Shown here piece after piece: positions 28,657-38,573 of a stretch of 64,000 nucleotides of DNA; position 1 is the first letter of the stretch, and each line of letters starts with the position of its first letter. This stretch comes from Alphaproteobacteria bacterium CG11_big_fil_rev_8_21_14_0_20_39_49 (lineage in GTDB: Bacteria; Pseudomonadota; Alphaproteobacteria; Rickettsiales; UBA6187). The position numbers and the translations under genes were made by a program. The DNA lies in contig PCXK01000009.1 of NCBI GenBank assembly GCA_002787635.1, forward strand, positions 5,770 through 69,769, written 5' to 3'. The notes under the pieces are model-generated. The model did not search any database and had not been told where the DNA came from. It was given only the letters and a program-made list of their open reading frames with translations.

Positions 28657-29325
28657 ATGAAAATTCTATCTGTAGACACTACTTGCGGCGACTGTTCCGT
28701 TTCACTGTTAAAAGACGGTAATATTGCCTGTGAAATTACTCAGACCGAGTCCGGCAAGCAGGCGGAGCAAATGATATCGCTAATACAGACCGTCCTAAAA
28801 AACGGCGGTACTAATTATAAAGAGCTTGACGCAATAGCGGTAAACATAGGTCCCGGTAGCTTTACGGGGGTAAGGATAGGGTTATCGGGTGTAAAGGGTA
28901 TTAACCTTGTAACCGGAACTCCTATAGTACCCGTCACAAGTTTTGAATCGGTTGCCATGCAGCTTGACCTGAAAAATAATAAAAAGGATATACTTGTTGC
29001 ACTCGATGCCAAAAGGAAGCAGCTATATGTTCAGCTTTTCAGAGCAAATCTAGAACCGCTGACACCACCTGAATTAATTAGCTACGACCAAATAACCAAG
29101 TTCAATAAAAATAATGAAATCATATTAACCGGTAACGGCAGTATGCTTGTAGCGGATATCCTGTCGGCAAATAACTGCAATTATGAAGTAATTAACAAGA
29201 ATGCCGCATCTGAATCGGTATCTATAGCATATGCCGCATATAAGAAATTTAAGGCTAATGATTATCCGAAAATTATCTCTCCGCTTTATATAAGGAAACC
29301 TGACGCAAAAAAACAGACACCTTAA
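28657..29325 (+). CDS. tsaB: tRNA t6A biosynthesis protein TsaB
   Basis: MKILSVDTTCGDCSVSL and GPGSFTGVRIGLS. Confidence 0.85.
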   Translation: MKILSVDTTCGDCSVSLLKDGNIACEITQTESGKQAEQMISLIQTVLKNGGTNYKELDAIAVNIGPGSFTGVRIGLSGVKGINLVTGTPIVPVTSFESVAMQLDLKNNKKDILVALDAKRKQLYVQLFRANLEPLTPPELISYDQITKFNKNNEIILTGNGSMLVADILSANNCNYEVINKNAASESVSIAYAAYKKFKANDYPKIISPLYIRKPDAKKQTP

Positions 29326-29327
29326 TG

Positions 29328-30395
29328 TTAGTCTTTTTCTTCAACGGTACTTTTTATAAGGGTGATTAGATATTCTATATTTTCTATACCGCCTTCTTCC
29401 TCATCGAACATAAGCATATTTGTTATGATTCTTTTTGAATCTCTTTCAAAAAGTTTTACGCCTGTTCCGGAAAGCTCATCGCTAAGGTTATTAATAACAC
29501 AAAGTAATGTTTCGGTAGCATCGAAGAGGTTATCGGGCAGCTCTGCCCTTTTATAAAGCTCACTAAAACTATTTGATGCGTCACTATCAAGTATTCTCCT
29601 TATATTAAGGGTGGGTACTTTTAATTTTCTGGCAACACACATTTCAAAAAGCTTTCTGTTCCCCATACAAAGAGCGTAAATCGGAGCTATATTTTCCTGC
29701 ACTCCTCTTTCTTTGATAATTTTGATAAACAGGCAATATTCCTTATCGACATCTTTTTGACATTTTTTATCATCAAGTGTCTGTTTATCATCTTCTCGGA
29801 CGATTTTTTCCCGAACCGTATTTAAGATACTTGCAGGCACTCTTTCTCTATGCTTTACCGAGATAAGTACAGCTTTTACCTCAGGGAATTTCTCAACTAT
29901 CTCTTTATATCCGTCGTCTGAAACGGCAGCTCCTTTGTTATTTAATAAAGTAACTACAACGTCTTCATGTCCTTTATGTATAAGTGCGTCCGAAACGCCC
30001 TCTGAAACCGTTTCACGTTTTGATATGGTTTTTTGTTTTTCAATGTCATCGGTTCTTTCTATTATATATACCAGATTTTCATCAGTCAGGACTTTTGAAA
30101 ATTCCAATATAGGTATTGCGACAATATCAATATCCTGAGCCAACTGCATGACAAGGTCGTTTGAAGCATTTAATGCGTTCTTTATGGACTCGGATATTCC
30201 GCATTTTACAAGAGTATCGGACTCTCTTACAAGTGACCTTAGGATTCTTTCAGAAGCTTCTTTTTGCTGAACGGACAAACTTTCGGAAGTGTAATATTTA
30301 CCTATTTTTTTTATTACTTCCATTTTTGTTTCTAAAGGACTCTTTAAGAGAACTTCAATATCTACATCAGATACTATATTTTTTTCCGCACTCAT
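29328..30395 (-). CDS. DUF2336-like protein (paralogue 1)
   Basis: 355 aa. ...IVAIPILEFSKVLTDENLVYIIERT... resembles the alphaproteobacterial DUF2336 core as I recall it. Clear paralogue of 30423-31475. Confidence 0.5.
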   Translation of the reverse strand: MSAEKNIVSDVDIEVLLKSPLETKMEVIKKIGKYYTSESLSVQQKEASERILRSLVRESDTLVKCGISESIKNALNASNDLVMQLAQDIDIVAIPILEFSKVLTDENLVYIIERTDDIEKQKTISKRETVSEGVSDALIHKGHEDVVVTLLNNKGAAVSDDGYKEIVEKFPEVKAVLISVKHRERVPASILNTVREKIVREDDKQTLDDKKCQKDVDKEYCLFIKIIKERGVQENIAPIYALCMGNRKLFEMCVARKLKVPTLNIRRILDSDASNSFSELYKRAELPDNLFDATETLLCVINNLSDELSGTGVKLFERDSKRIITNMLMFDEEEGGIENIEYLITLIKSTVEEKD

Positions 30396-30422
30396 AACAA
30401 ACTTTTATTCCTCAGGCTTTAA

Positions 30423-31475
30423 TTACTTATTTACCCCAATATTGATTAATGACACGAGATATTCAAGATTTTCGGTAACATCCATTTCTTCTGCGAGCAT
30501 TATCATATTATTTATTACTCTTTTAGCTTCCGATTCAGTCAGGCTTGATATTTCGGTATCAATATCTTCACTGAAACCCCTTAATACCAAAAATAACACC
30601 CTGCTTGCACTATGAAGCTTATCCGGCAGGTTTGCCCTTTGATATATGATATCGAATTTTTCACCGTTTTCGTCATTATTAAGTAGCTTTGAAATATTTA
30701 CAACCGGTATGCAAATATTTCTTGCCACACATAACTTAAACAGCTTAAAACTCCCTTTGCATAAAGCATAAATCGGTATTATATCATCGTTAATACCTTT
30801 TTCCCTTGCCCGCTTGATAAAGCTGCTATATTCCATGTCGTCACTATGCTCTGCGACCTCGTTCATATTTTCCGGCGACATTTTTTTTGCAGCATCACGT
30901 ACTATATATAGAGGTACTTTAGGACGCTGCATGACCTCTTCCATAATTGATTTTTTATGGGCAAAGATTTTTATGATATCCTCATACCCCTTGTCGGGTA
31001 CACGTGAACTTTTATTACGCAGCAACGTTACTATAACCGCCTCATGTTTTTTATCTATCAGGGCATTTGATACTACATTTGAAACGTTTACCCTTTTAGA
31101 AATGCTTTTTTCTTTTTCAATGTCATTTGTTTTTTGTATTATATAGATAAGGTTTTCATCTGTAAGAACCGGCGAAAATTCCAATACCGTTATGGATACG
31201 ACTGTAACGTCTTCCGCCAGATGCATTACTATTTTATGCGGAATGTCATTAGAGTTCTTGATGGACTCGGACATAGCCTGCCTAACCTGCTCATCAGGCT
31301 CACTCTCGGCGATGGTAGATATTATTTTCTCAGCGGCTTTTTTTTGTTCATCTGAAAAACTGCCTGCGGTATAATACTTACCTATTTTCTTTATTATATC
31401 CAACTTGATATCTTTCGGACTTTTTAGCAGTGCATCAATATCAACTTCAGATAAAATTCTCTTTTTTGCTTGCAT
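30423..31475 (-). CDS. DUF2336-like protein (paralogue 2)
   Basis: 350 aa. Collinear with the neighbour (VDIDALLKSP..IKKIGKYYT.., VVSITVLEFSPVLTDENLIYIIQKTNDIEKEKSISKR). Confidence 0.5.
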   Translation of the reverse strand: MQAKKRILSEVDIDALLKSPKDIKLDIIKKIGKYYTAGSFSDEQKKAAEKIISTIAESEPDEQVRQAMSESIKNSNDIPHKIVMHLAEDVTVVSITVLEFSPVLTDENLIYIIQKTNDIEKEKSISKRVNVSNVVSNALIDKKHEAVIVTLLRNKSSRVPDKGYEDIIKIFAHKKSIMEEVMQRPKVPLYIVRDAAKKMSPENMNEVAEHSDDMEYSSFIKRAREKGINDDIIPIYALCKGSFKLFKLCVARNICIPVVNISKLLNNDENGEKFDIIYQRANLPDKLHSASRVLFLVLRGFSEDIDTEISSLTESEAKRVINNMIMLAEEMDVTENLEYLVSLINIGVNK

Positions 31476-31739
31476 TTATCCCCTAAACCAAAAAATGAAA
31501 TTTTATTTCAAATCTAAAATCATTATACATTCAAAACCTTAACAAATTACTAACGTTTTTATTACAATTTAGCTTATATACGCTTTTTTTGCTACCAAGA
31601 GTTGTACAACAGGTATTTAAATGTACATTATTGCTAAAAGTTGTTGTGCATATTTATTATCCGAACGGCATACAGATTTATGGCATTTCTAACTCAATAA
31701 CCCAACTCGCTTAAGACATTATTTAACTATATTATTTTT

Positions 31740-31882
31740 CAGAATGTCCCGTTAATTGGTTTTTATAATTTTTGTCAACCTGAACTTGTTTCAGGTTCTC
31801 GTATAAAAAAGAACAGATGCTGAAATAAATTCAGCATGACAACTAATTTTTAGTATAAAAAACCAATTAACGGGACATTCCG
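31740..31882. mobile_element. MITE-like palindromic element, family A, copy 2
   Basis: TIRs cagaatgtcccgttaattgg ... ccaattaacgggacattccg. Interior hairpins aacctgaacttgtttcaggtt and atgctgaaataaattcagcat. Inverted relative to copy 1. A family B fragment follows at 31886-31925. Confidence 0.7.
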
Positions 31883-32020
31883 AAACAAATTATAGTGGAA
31901 TCCACATTTAAAAAGCATCTTTTCAGTCAAGGTTAAATTATCGTGAATCACGTTAACAATTTGGTAAGGAATGTCGGTTATAATCGGTTCTGGGATATAC
32001 TTAGATTGAGTGTTTATATT

Positions 32021-32377
32021 ATGAATTATGATAAAAATAAATTTTCAGAATGTATAAGTAATATTATAAAAAATATTCATTACAGCTCACATTACCCTTC
32101 TTTCTATGACATTATTATAAAGAACGAAACAGGTAATAAAAATGAGTCTAACAGTTTTGTATATTACCTGTTATCGGAAGTTTTCCACAAAGACAACAAG
32201 CAGATATCAAACGAATTAAAAATATTTTCCAAGACGGGTCGTATCATATTGAAGAATTATACGAAAGATGTTGCCGAAACAAAGATGTTATTTGCTAACG
32301 AAAGTGCTTTTGAAAGCGGAATAACTCTTAACATATCACTTAGAAGGGGCGAAAGTAATGCTATCAAAAAACCTTGA
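32021..32377 (+). CDS. clpS: Divergent ClpS-like adaptor protein
   Basis: By-eye alignment to E. coli ClpS. PSFYDIIIKNE...FVYYLLSEVF...KTGRIILKNYTKDVAETKMLFANES aligns with [27 protein letters not shown]...[24 protein letters not shown]. It occupies the canonical clpS slot and overlaps the clpA start by 20 nt. Start uncertain (track start 31943, internal Met at 32021). Confidence 0.5.
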   Translation: MNYDKNKFSECISNIIKNIHYSSHYPSFYDIIIKNETGNKNESNSFVYYLLSEVFHKDNKQISNELKIFSKTGRIILKNYTKDVAETKMLFANESAFESGITLNISLRRGESNAIKKP

Positions 32378-34685
32378 ATTAAGTCTGCACAGAGCGTTAA
32401 CACTGGCTCATAAATGTTCGCACGAATACGCAACTTTAGAACATTTATTACTGGCATTAACCGAAGATCCGGACGCATGTGCAGTGCTTAACGGTTGCGG
32501 GGGAAGCCTTCCCTCATTATGCGAGGAGTTAAAGCATTTTTTAGGCAACGACCTTGAGGCACTTGTTGTTGAGAACAACACTGATGTAAAGCCCACTGCC
32601 GGTTTCCAAAGAGTAATTCACAGGGCGGCGATACATGCACATTCGGCTAACAGCAAGATAGTGACGGGTGCGAACGTATTGGCGGAGATGTTCGGCGAGC
32701 ATGAATCACATGCCGTCTTTTTTTTAAAGGGACAGGGAATTACTTATCTTGATGTAATTAACTATATATCTCACGGTGTGATTAAATTCGCTGACGAGGG
32801 TGATGATTATAACGATGACGAACAAGGCTTGTTCGATGAATTTCCGAAAAAGCTTTTTGATAAAGCACATGAGCCTAAGCCTACCGTGTCACCGTCTACC
32901 GTAAATACCGAAAAAGATAATAACAGTGCATTATCACAATATTGTATCAACCTTAACAAAAAGGCAGAAGCAGGTAAGGTAGATATTCTTATCGGCAGAG
33001 AAGAAGAGGTGCAAAGGACGATTGAAATTCTATGCAGGAGAACCAAGAACAACCCGTTATTTGTCGGTGAGCCGGGTGTAGGGAAAACCGCCCTTGTGGA
33101 AGGTCTTGCACTGAAGATATCAAAGGGACAGGTTCCGGGGATTTTGAAAAAAGCCGTTATATTCGCTCTGGATATGGGGTCACTACTTGCAGGTACAAAA
33201 TACCGAGGTGATTTTGAAGAGAGGATAAAATCTGTAATTGCCGAAATAGAAAAATTACCCCATGCCATAATATTTATTGATGAAATACACACTATAGTAG
33301 GAGCCGGTTCCACAAGCGGCGGTTCTTTAGATGCAGGCAATCTTTTAAAACCGGCTTTAGCAAGGGGCGAGTTCAAATGTATCGGCTCTACCACTTATAT
33401 GGAATATCACAGCCACTTTGAAAAAGATCAGGCCTTGATAAGACGCTTCCAAAGAATAGACGTTGAGGAGCCTACAAGGGATATGTGCATTTCCATACTT
33501 GAGGGTTTAAAACCTTACTATGAAGAACATCATGGCGTTTCTTATACTCAAGATGCTATTATATCTGCGGTAGACCTTTCAAGACGCTATATCAGCAATA
33601 GAAGATTGCCTGATAAGGCAATAGATATAATAGACGAAGCAGGCGCACATCAGAAGCTTGCCCCGAAAGAGAAAAGGAAAGCGGTAATAGGCGTATCCGA
33701 TATTGAAAACATAGTTGCGAAAATAGCAAAAGTCCCTATCCGCAATGTAGGAATGGACGAGGGTATCAAGTTAAGGAAGCTCGAATCATGTTTAAAGAAA
33801 ATAATATTCGGGCAGGATTTGGCTATTGAGTCTTTATCAACCGCTATAAAAATGTCAAGAGCAGGTCTTAGGGACAATATCAAACCGATGGGCAGTTATT
33901 TATTTTCAGGTCCGACAGGAGTCGGGAAAACCGAGCTTGCTGCACAGCTTGCACTTATAATGGATATGGAACTGGTAAGGATAGATATGTCGGAATATCT
34001 TGAACAGCATTCTATAGCAAGGTTAATAGGCGCACCTCCGGGATATGTAGGTTATGACAAAGCCGGTATATTGACCGAGGCTATAGAAAAAAACCCGTAT
34101 TCGGTAATATTATTTGACGAGATAGAGAAAGCACACCCCGACATATACAACCTTTTATTACAGATGATGGATTATGGAAGGATAACCGATAATAACGGCA
34201 AGAACCTGAATTTCCGTAACAGTATAATAATAATGACCACCAATGCGGGGGCGGAGGAAGTAAACAAAGCACCTATGGGATTCGGTCGTTTTGACAGGAA
34301 CGGTGAGGATTCGGACGTTATCAATAAAACATTCTCTCCCGAATTTCGGAACAGGCTTGATGCTATAATCCCGTTTACACCGCTATCTCCTAAGGTAGTT
34401 GAAAAAGTGGTAGATAAATTTATACTTAATTTACAGTTGCAACTTGCGGATAAAGCGGTAAAGATAGAGATTAATAAGAAGGTTAGAAAGCACCTTGCCG
34501 AAAACGGCTATGATTCAAAGAACGGTGCAAGACCTTTAGAAAGAATAATAAACGAACAAATTAAAAAACCGCTGGCAGATGAGATATTATTCGGAAAATT
34601 ATCTAAAGGTGGCGTTGTAACGGTTAGTTTGGTTAAAGATATTCTGCAATTCAAATGCACTAAAATATCAAAGATTCAGGCATAA
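32358..34685 (+). CDS. clpA: ATP-dependent Clp protease ATP-binding subunit ClpA
   Basis: 775 aa. Clp N-domain (LELSLHRALTLA...EHLLLAL) and two AAA+ modules (GEPGVGKT, GPTGVGKT). Confidence 0.95.
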   Translation: MLSKNLELSLHRALTLAHKCSHEYATLEHLLLALTEDPDACAVLNGCGGSLPSLCEELKHFLGNDLEALVVENNTDVKPTAGFQRVIHRAAIHAHSANSKIVTGANVLAEMFGEHESHAVFFLKGQGITYLDVINYISHGVIKFADEGDDYNDDEQGLFDEFPKKLFDKAHEPKPTVSPSTVNTEKDNNSALSQYCINLNKKAEAGKVDILIGREEEVQRTIEILCRRTKNNPLFVGEPGVGKTALVEGLALKISKGQVPGILKKAVIFALDMGSLLAGTKYRGDFEERIKSVIAEIEKLPHAIIFIDEIHTIVGAGSTSGGSLDAGNLLKPALARGEFKCIGSTTYMEYHSHFEKDQALIRRFQRIDVEEPTRDMCISILEGLKPYYEEHHGVSYTQDAIISAVDLSRRYISNRRLPDKAIDIIDEAGAHQKLAPKEKRKAVIGVSDIENIVAKIAKVPIRNVGMDEGIKLRKLESCLKKIIFGQDLAIESLSTAIKMSRAGLRDNIKPMGSYLFSGPTGVGKTELAAQLALIMDMELVRIDMSEYLEQHSIARLIGAPPGYVGYDKAGILTEAIEKNPYSVILFDEIEKAHPDIYNLLLQMMDYGRITDNNGKNLNFRNSIIIMTTNAGAEEVNKAPMGFGRFDRNGEDSDVINKTFSPEFRNRLDAIIPFTPLSPKVVEKVVDKFILNLQLQLADKAVKIEINKKVRKHLAENGYDSKNGARPLERIINEQIKKPLADEILFGKLSKGGVVTVSLVKDILQFKCTKISKIQA

Positions 34686-34715
34686 TCTGACTTATTAAAT
34701 GTAAAGTGATTAAAA

Positions 34716-35687
34716 ATGGAAACTACATTATCAGCTAAAAGGAAGGGTGACGCACTAATAACTATCAGACAGCATAACAATAATAAAGTTGTTGAAGTTG
34801 TCGGTATGAACCCTGCTGCGGAAAAATTAACAGGCTATAAGCCCGAAGAACTTGTCGGAGGCAGAATTGCTTCACTTTTACCCGACAGGATAAATGAATC
34901 TCTCGAAGAAAATATTGAGTTTGAAGATCCTTCATATGATTTTGCATCGGTTGCAAGAAAGATACCTAATTTTCAGGTAAAAAATAAGAACGGCAAAAAA
35001 ATAGAAGTTAGCATGAAGATATTTTATCTAACATCTAAAAATCCGACCGTTCAGGATTATGAGATATTATTGAGGGATATAAGGCTTATCAAGAAGATTG
35101 AGGAGTTGAAAAACGAGATAGCCTCTGAAATGAACGGACGCGGCTCTACGGATATCAGCACTTTAATGCACGCATATAATACCGCCTATAAATTTATTGC
35201 CGAAGATCCTATTGAAGTCACATTCGTAACTCTTGGAATAGATAATTTTTCAAAGCTTGCAAGTCATGATGAAATGACCGTATCTAAAGTTATAAATAAA
35301 TACACGGACATTATTAAGAAAACATGCCGTAATGAGGATATTGCGGCACATATTGAAAACGGGGTAATCGGTCTGGTTTTACTTGATTGTAATACACAAA
35401 ATGCCAAAGACGTTATAATAAACCGTATAATAGATAATATATCCTCTAAAACTATCGGTTTATTTGACGGAACCGAGTTTAATACAACCTTAACAGTATG
35501 CTACACTCAGCTTATAGCCGATGACAACCCTACTGATATTTTTAATGCTTGCATTGACAAAACCTTATATAATCAGCAACTTGGTGGAAATTCAATTTCC
35601 GAGTTATTTGATGACTTAGCCGAAGAAGACGGGCTTGATGAGGAAAGATATGAAGAAGGGTATATTGAGGGTGACTCAAAATACTAA
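34716..35687 (+). CDS. PAS domain protein with a degenerate GGDEF-like C-terminal domain
   Basis: PAS-like VVEVVGMNPAAEKLTGYKPEELVGGRIASLLPD. The C-terminal domain has GIDNFSKL (compare DIDHFKxIND) and AAHIENGVIGLVLLD where R.GGDEF..ll would be expected. Confidence 0.5.
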   Translation: METTLSAKRKGDALITIRQHNNNKVVEVVGMNPAAEKLTGYKPEELVGGRIASLLPDRINESLEENIEFEDPSYDFASVARKIPNFQVKNKNGKKIEVSMKIFYLTSKNPTVQDYEILLRDIRLIKKIEELKNEIASEMNGRGSTDISTLMHAYNTAYKFIAEDPIEVTFVTLGIDNFSKLASHDEMTVSKVINKYTDIIKKTCRNEDIAAHIENGVIGLVLLDCNTQNAKDVIINRIIDNISSKTIGLFDGTEFNTTLTVCYTQLIADDNPTDIFNACIDKTLYNQQLGGNSISELFDDLAEEDGLDEERYEEGYIEGDSKY

Positions 35688-37507
35688 GCCGCTTGCTCCT
35701 CTTCCTGCACTTCCTGCTGTTCCTGAACCGCTTTTTTACCGTGTTTTCTAGGGTCATAAGGCTCTTGTGTCGGAACGAATATCGGCGGTAATAACCTCTT
35801 AGTAAAGAAAGAATCCTTATAATATTTTATCTTTTTAGATTTTATCGGCGGGCTTGCCTCTATCAGAAGGATTTGCAGATCTCTGTCCAGACTCACAACC
35901 TCCTGCGGTAATAACAATGCCCTTTGCGTTTCCGAAACGTGCAGGGAACGTGCACCGGGGTTAAGATCAAGGAACTTAGGCTTATTCGCAGAAACCTGTT
36001 CCACCGTTTTATTACCTACCATTTTAGAAATAAGTTCTGCCGTCTCCACGTTATTTGCAGCAAATGTGATACGGTATGTAGAGTTGGAAAGAAACGAGTT
36101 CATTCCTGCATCTTCATAAATATCCTTAAGCTGCTCGGTATCTTGTACGATAAGGAAAAGCCTTAATTTATATCCACGGAAATAAGCGATACCTGCTTTG
36201 AACTGATCCATTTTTCCAAGTGTCGGAAACTCGTCCATCATAAACAAAACGCCATACTTGTCCTCTGCGGTAGGTATGGAACGGGCAAGGAATTCGGTTG
36301 CCTGCTGATAGAATACCTGTAATAACGGTTGCAGACGCTTTAAGTTATCGGGAGTCACCCCTACATACACCGTCGTAGGCTGCCTTTTAAAATCACTGAT
36401 ATTAAAATCGCTTGTAGCTGTTGCGGTATCAATTAACGGGTTTGCCCAAAGCTCCAGCTTGGAGTTCAATGTCGATATAACGCCCGAACGCTCTTTATCT
36501 GCCTTTTGCAGGAATGACGCTATATTCATATATGAAACGGGGTGAATGTCTTTGCCTATGGTGTCTAACACCACCGCAAGGTTATAAACCACATCGTCAC
36601 TACGCAAGGTTCTGACTACCTCCCCGAACGACTGCACCTTCTCAGGTACGGCACACAAATACAGCACTATCCCCGTAAATAAACTTCTTGCCTCACTTTC
36701 CCAGAAATCCGATGTATCGGGAAGCAATATGTTAGCTATTTTCTGTACGTCATCAACCATCTGTCCGGGCTTAAGACTAATCCATTGCAAAGGGTTGTAG
36801 CAATGGCTTATGCCGTCTGAGTCGGCAGGGTTCCATAAATATACGTTCTGTTTTAATTTTTCTTTTCTCCACCCGCTTGTAAGCTCATAGTTTTCCAGTT
36901 TAATATCGTGAATAAAACATGAATCCTCCCAAAACAGCAGGTTAGGTATAACAAATCCCACACCTTTTCCCGAACCGGTAGGAGCAAACAACAAAGCATG
37001 CTGAAAGCCGCCTGCTACCAGAAAATTCCCTTTCGTATCAGTCCCCAGTAACATTCCTTTTTTAGCTCTTAATCCCGCCTTTTCAATGTCTTTGTCAGTT
37101 GCCCACTTAGCATCACCGTGTAATGACTCTTTTTTCCTGAAAGGTCGCCAGTCCATTAACGGCGCTCTGAATATTAATATAAGAGTACCCATAGAAATAA
37201 CGGGGAATATAGTTGCGGCAAAAAGTTTTATTATAAAGAACTTACTTATATTACCGTTTGATAACACTATACTGTCAAGAGGTTTTAAAGTGTATTTATT
37301 ATCCCACCATACTATCCAGTATTCTATGAACCGCCTCCAGAAATAACCGACATCTGAAATGATATCACCTGTAAATCTAACGCTTCTTACTTCCTCAACC
37401 AGTATTACTACTAAAAATGCAGAAACCGTCAGGCAAATAGCCAGAACCACGCAAACCACAAATGATATTGCGACGAAATTCCTGAATGCTCTTGATAATT
37501 CCGACAT
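35684..37507 (-). CDS. virD4: Type IV secretion coupling protein VirD4 (TraG/TraD family)
   Basis: 607 aa. Two N-terminal TM segments, Walker A FAPTGSGKGVGFVIPN and MMDEFPTLGK (Walker B region). Confidence 0.9.
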   Translation of the reverse strand: MSELSRAFRNFVAISFVVCVVLAICLTVSAFLVVILVEEVRSVRFTGDIISDVGYFWRRFIEYWIVWWDNKYTLKPLDSIVLSNGNISKFFIIKLFAATIFPVISMGTLILIFRAPLMDWRPFRKKESLHGDAKWATDKDIEKAGLRAKKGMLLGTDTKGNFLVAGGFQHALLFAPTGSGKGVGFVIPNLLFWEDSCFIHDIKLENYELTSGWRKEKLKQNVYLWNPADSDGISHCYNPLQWISLKPGQMVDDVQKIANILLPDTSDFWESEARSLFTGIVLYLCAVPEKVQSFGEVVRTLRSDDVVYNLAVVLDTIGKDIHPVSYMNIASFLQKADKERSGVISTLNSKLELWANPLIDTATATSDFNISDFKRQPTTVYVGVTPDNLKRLQPLLQVFYQQATEFLARSIPTAEDKYGVLFMMDEFPTLGKMDQFKAGIAYFRGYKLRLFLIVQDTEQLKDIYEDAGMNSFLSNSTYRITFAANNVETAELISKMVGNKTVEQVSANKPKFLDLNPGARSLHVSETQRALLLPQEVVSLDRDLQILLIEASPPIKSKKIKYYKDSFFTKRLLPPIFVPTQEPYDPRKHGKKAVQEQQEVQEEEQAA

Positions 37508-38508
37508 TATTCCTCTTCCGTTTTGCGGTGCCTGTTCTTGAAATATATTTCCGAAATATGACGCACTTTACCGCTTCTTTTTAGCTGTACCACAATATCA
37601 ATTACCTGAGATATATATTGCCTTACCTCGGCAGGAGGCATACCCAGCCCTGCCTGCATAACCATTAGCTTTAACTGCTCCATTGCCATCTGCGGCGTAT
37701 CTGCGTGCAGTGTTGAAATAGAACCGGGGTGTCCGGTATTGATAGCACGCAGAAAACTGAATGCTTCGGCACCACGAACCTCTCCCACGATTATCCTGTC
37801 GGGACGCAAACGCAAGCAGGCTTCAATAAGATCCTGAGTAGTTACCTGTGCACGTCCCTGCCCCCCTTTTGATGCAAGAAGGTGGACACGGTTAGGGTGC
37901 TGATCAAGAATAACCTCACGTGCGTCCTCTGCGGTTATAAGGCGTTCTTCGGCAGGTATCGCCTTTAGACAGGCATTTGTAAATGTTGTTTTACCTGTTG
38001 AAGTACCACCGCTTATTATAATGTTTTTCTTATATTGAATTGCCTTTATCATGAATTGTTTTATTTCATTTTTATCGAGCAGTTCAGATAGTTCTTTATC
38101 ATGCGGATCTTCTTGTTCATCTACTGCCGTGTGTGAGAAAGCTCCCATTTTTTCATAGTCATCAAGGTTCCAGTTAAGTGTAGAGCCTTTACGAATTGAC
38201 ATAATCACATGTCCGGGTTCCGCTGCCGGAGGGAACACCACCTGAATACGAAATCCGTTAGGAAGGGTTGCCGATAGTAGCGGGCGTTCCTCGCTTACTT
38301 TTTGCTCCGTTGATTGTGCAATAAGCCTTGCAAGACCTTTTAAATGCTCAAAATCAAACTCCGGAAGCTCTACCATGTACATATCGCCACGCTTCTCAAT
38401 CCACGCCTCTCCGGGTCTGTTGATTGATATCTCTGCGACTCCGTCCTCTTCGAACAATTCTTTTAATGGTGCCAGATAAGTTTCTAATGCAGCGTGACTT
38501 TGAACCAT
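37507..38508 (-). CDS. virB11: Type IV secretion ATPase VirB11
   Basis: 333 aa. IIISGGTSTGKTT (Walker A), RPDRIIVGEVRG and TGHPGSISTLHA. Its stop overlaps the virD4 ATG (TAATG). Confidence 0.92.
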   Translation of the reverse strand: MVQSHAALETYLAPLKELFEEDGVAEISINRPGEAWIEKRGDMYMVELPEFDFEHLKGLARLIAQSTEQKVSEERPLLSATLPNGFRIQVVFPPAAEPGHVIMSIRKGSTLNWNLDDYEKMGAFSHTAVDEQEDPHDKELSELLDKNEIKQFMIKAIQYKKNIIISGGTSTGKTTFTNACLKAIPAEERLITAEDAREVILDQHPNRVHLLASKGGQGRAQVTTQDLIEACLRLRPDRIIVGEVRGAEAFSFLRAINTGHPGSISTLHADTPQMAMEQLKLMVMQAGLGMPPAEVRQYISQVIDIVVQLKRSGKVRHISEIYFKNRHRKTEEE

Positions 38509-38573
38509 AATTTCTTAACTTTCTTGATTTAAGGAGTTTAACTTTACAACAAAATTTATAAAAAATCAAAACC

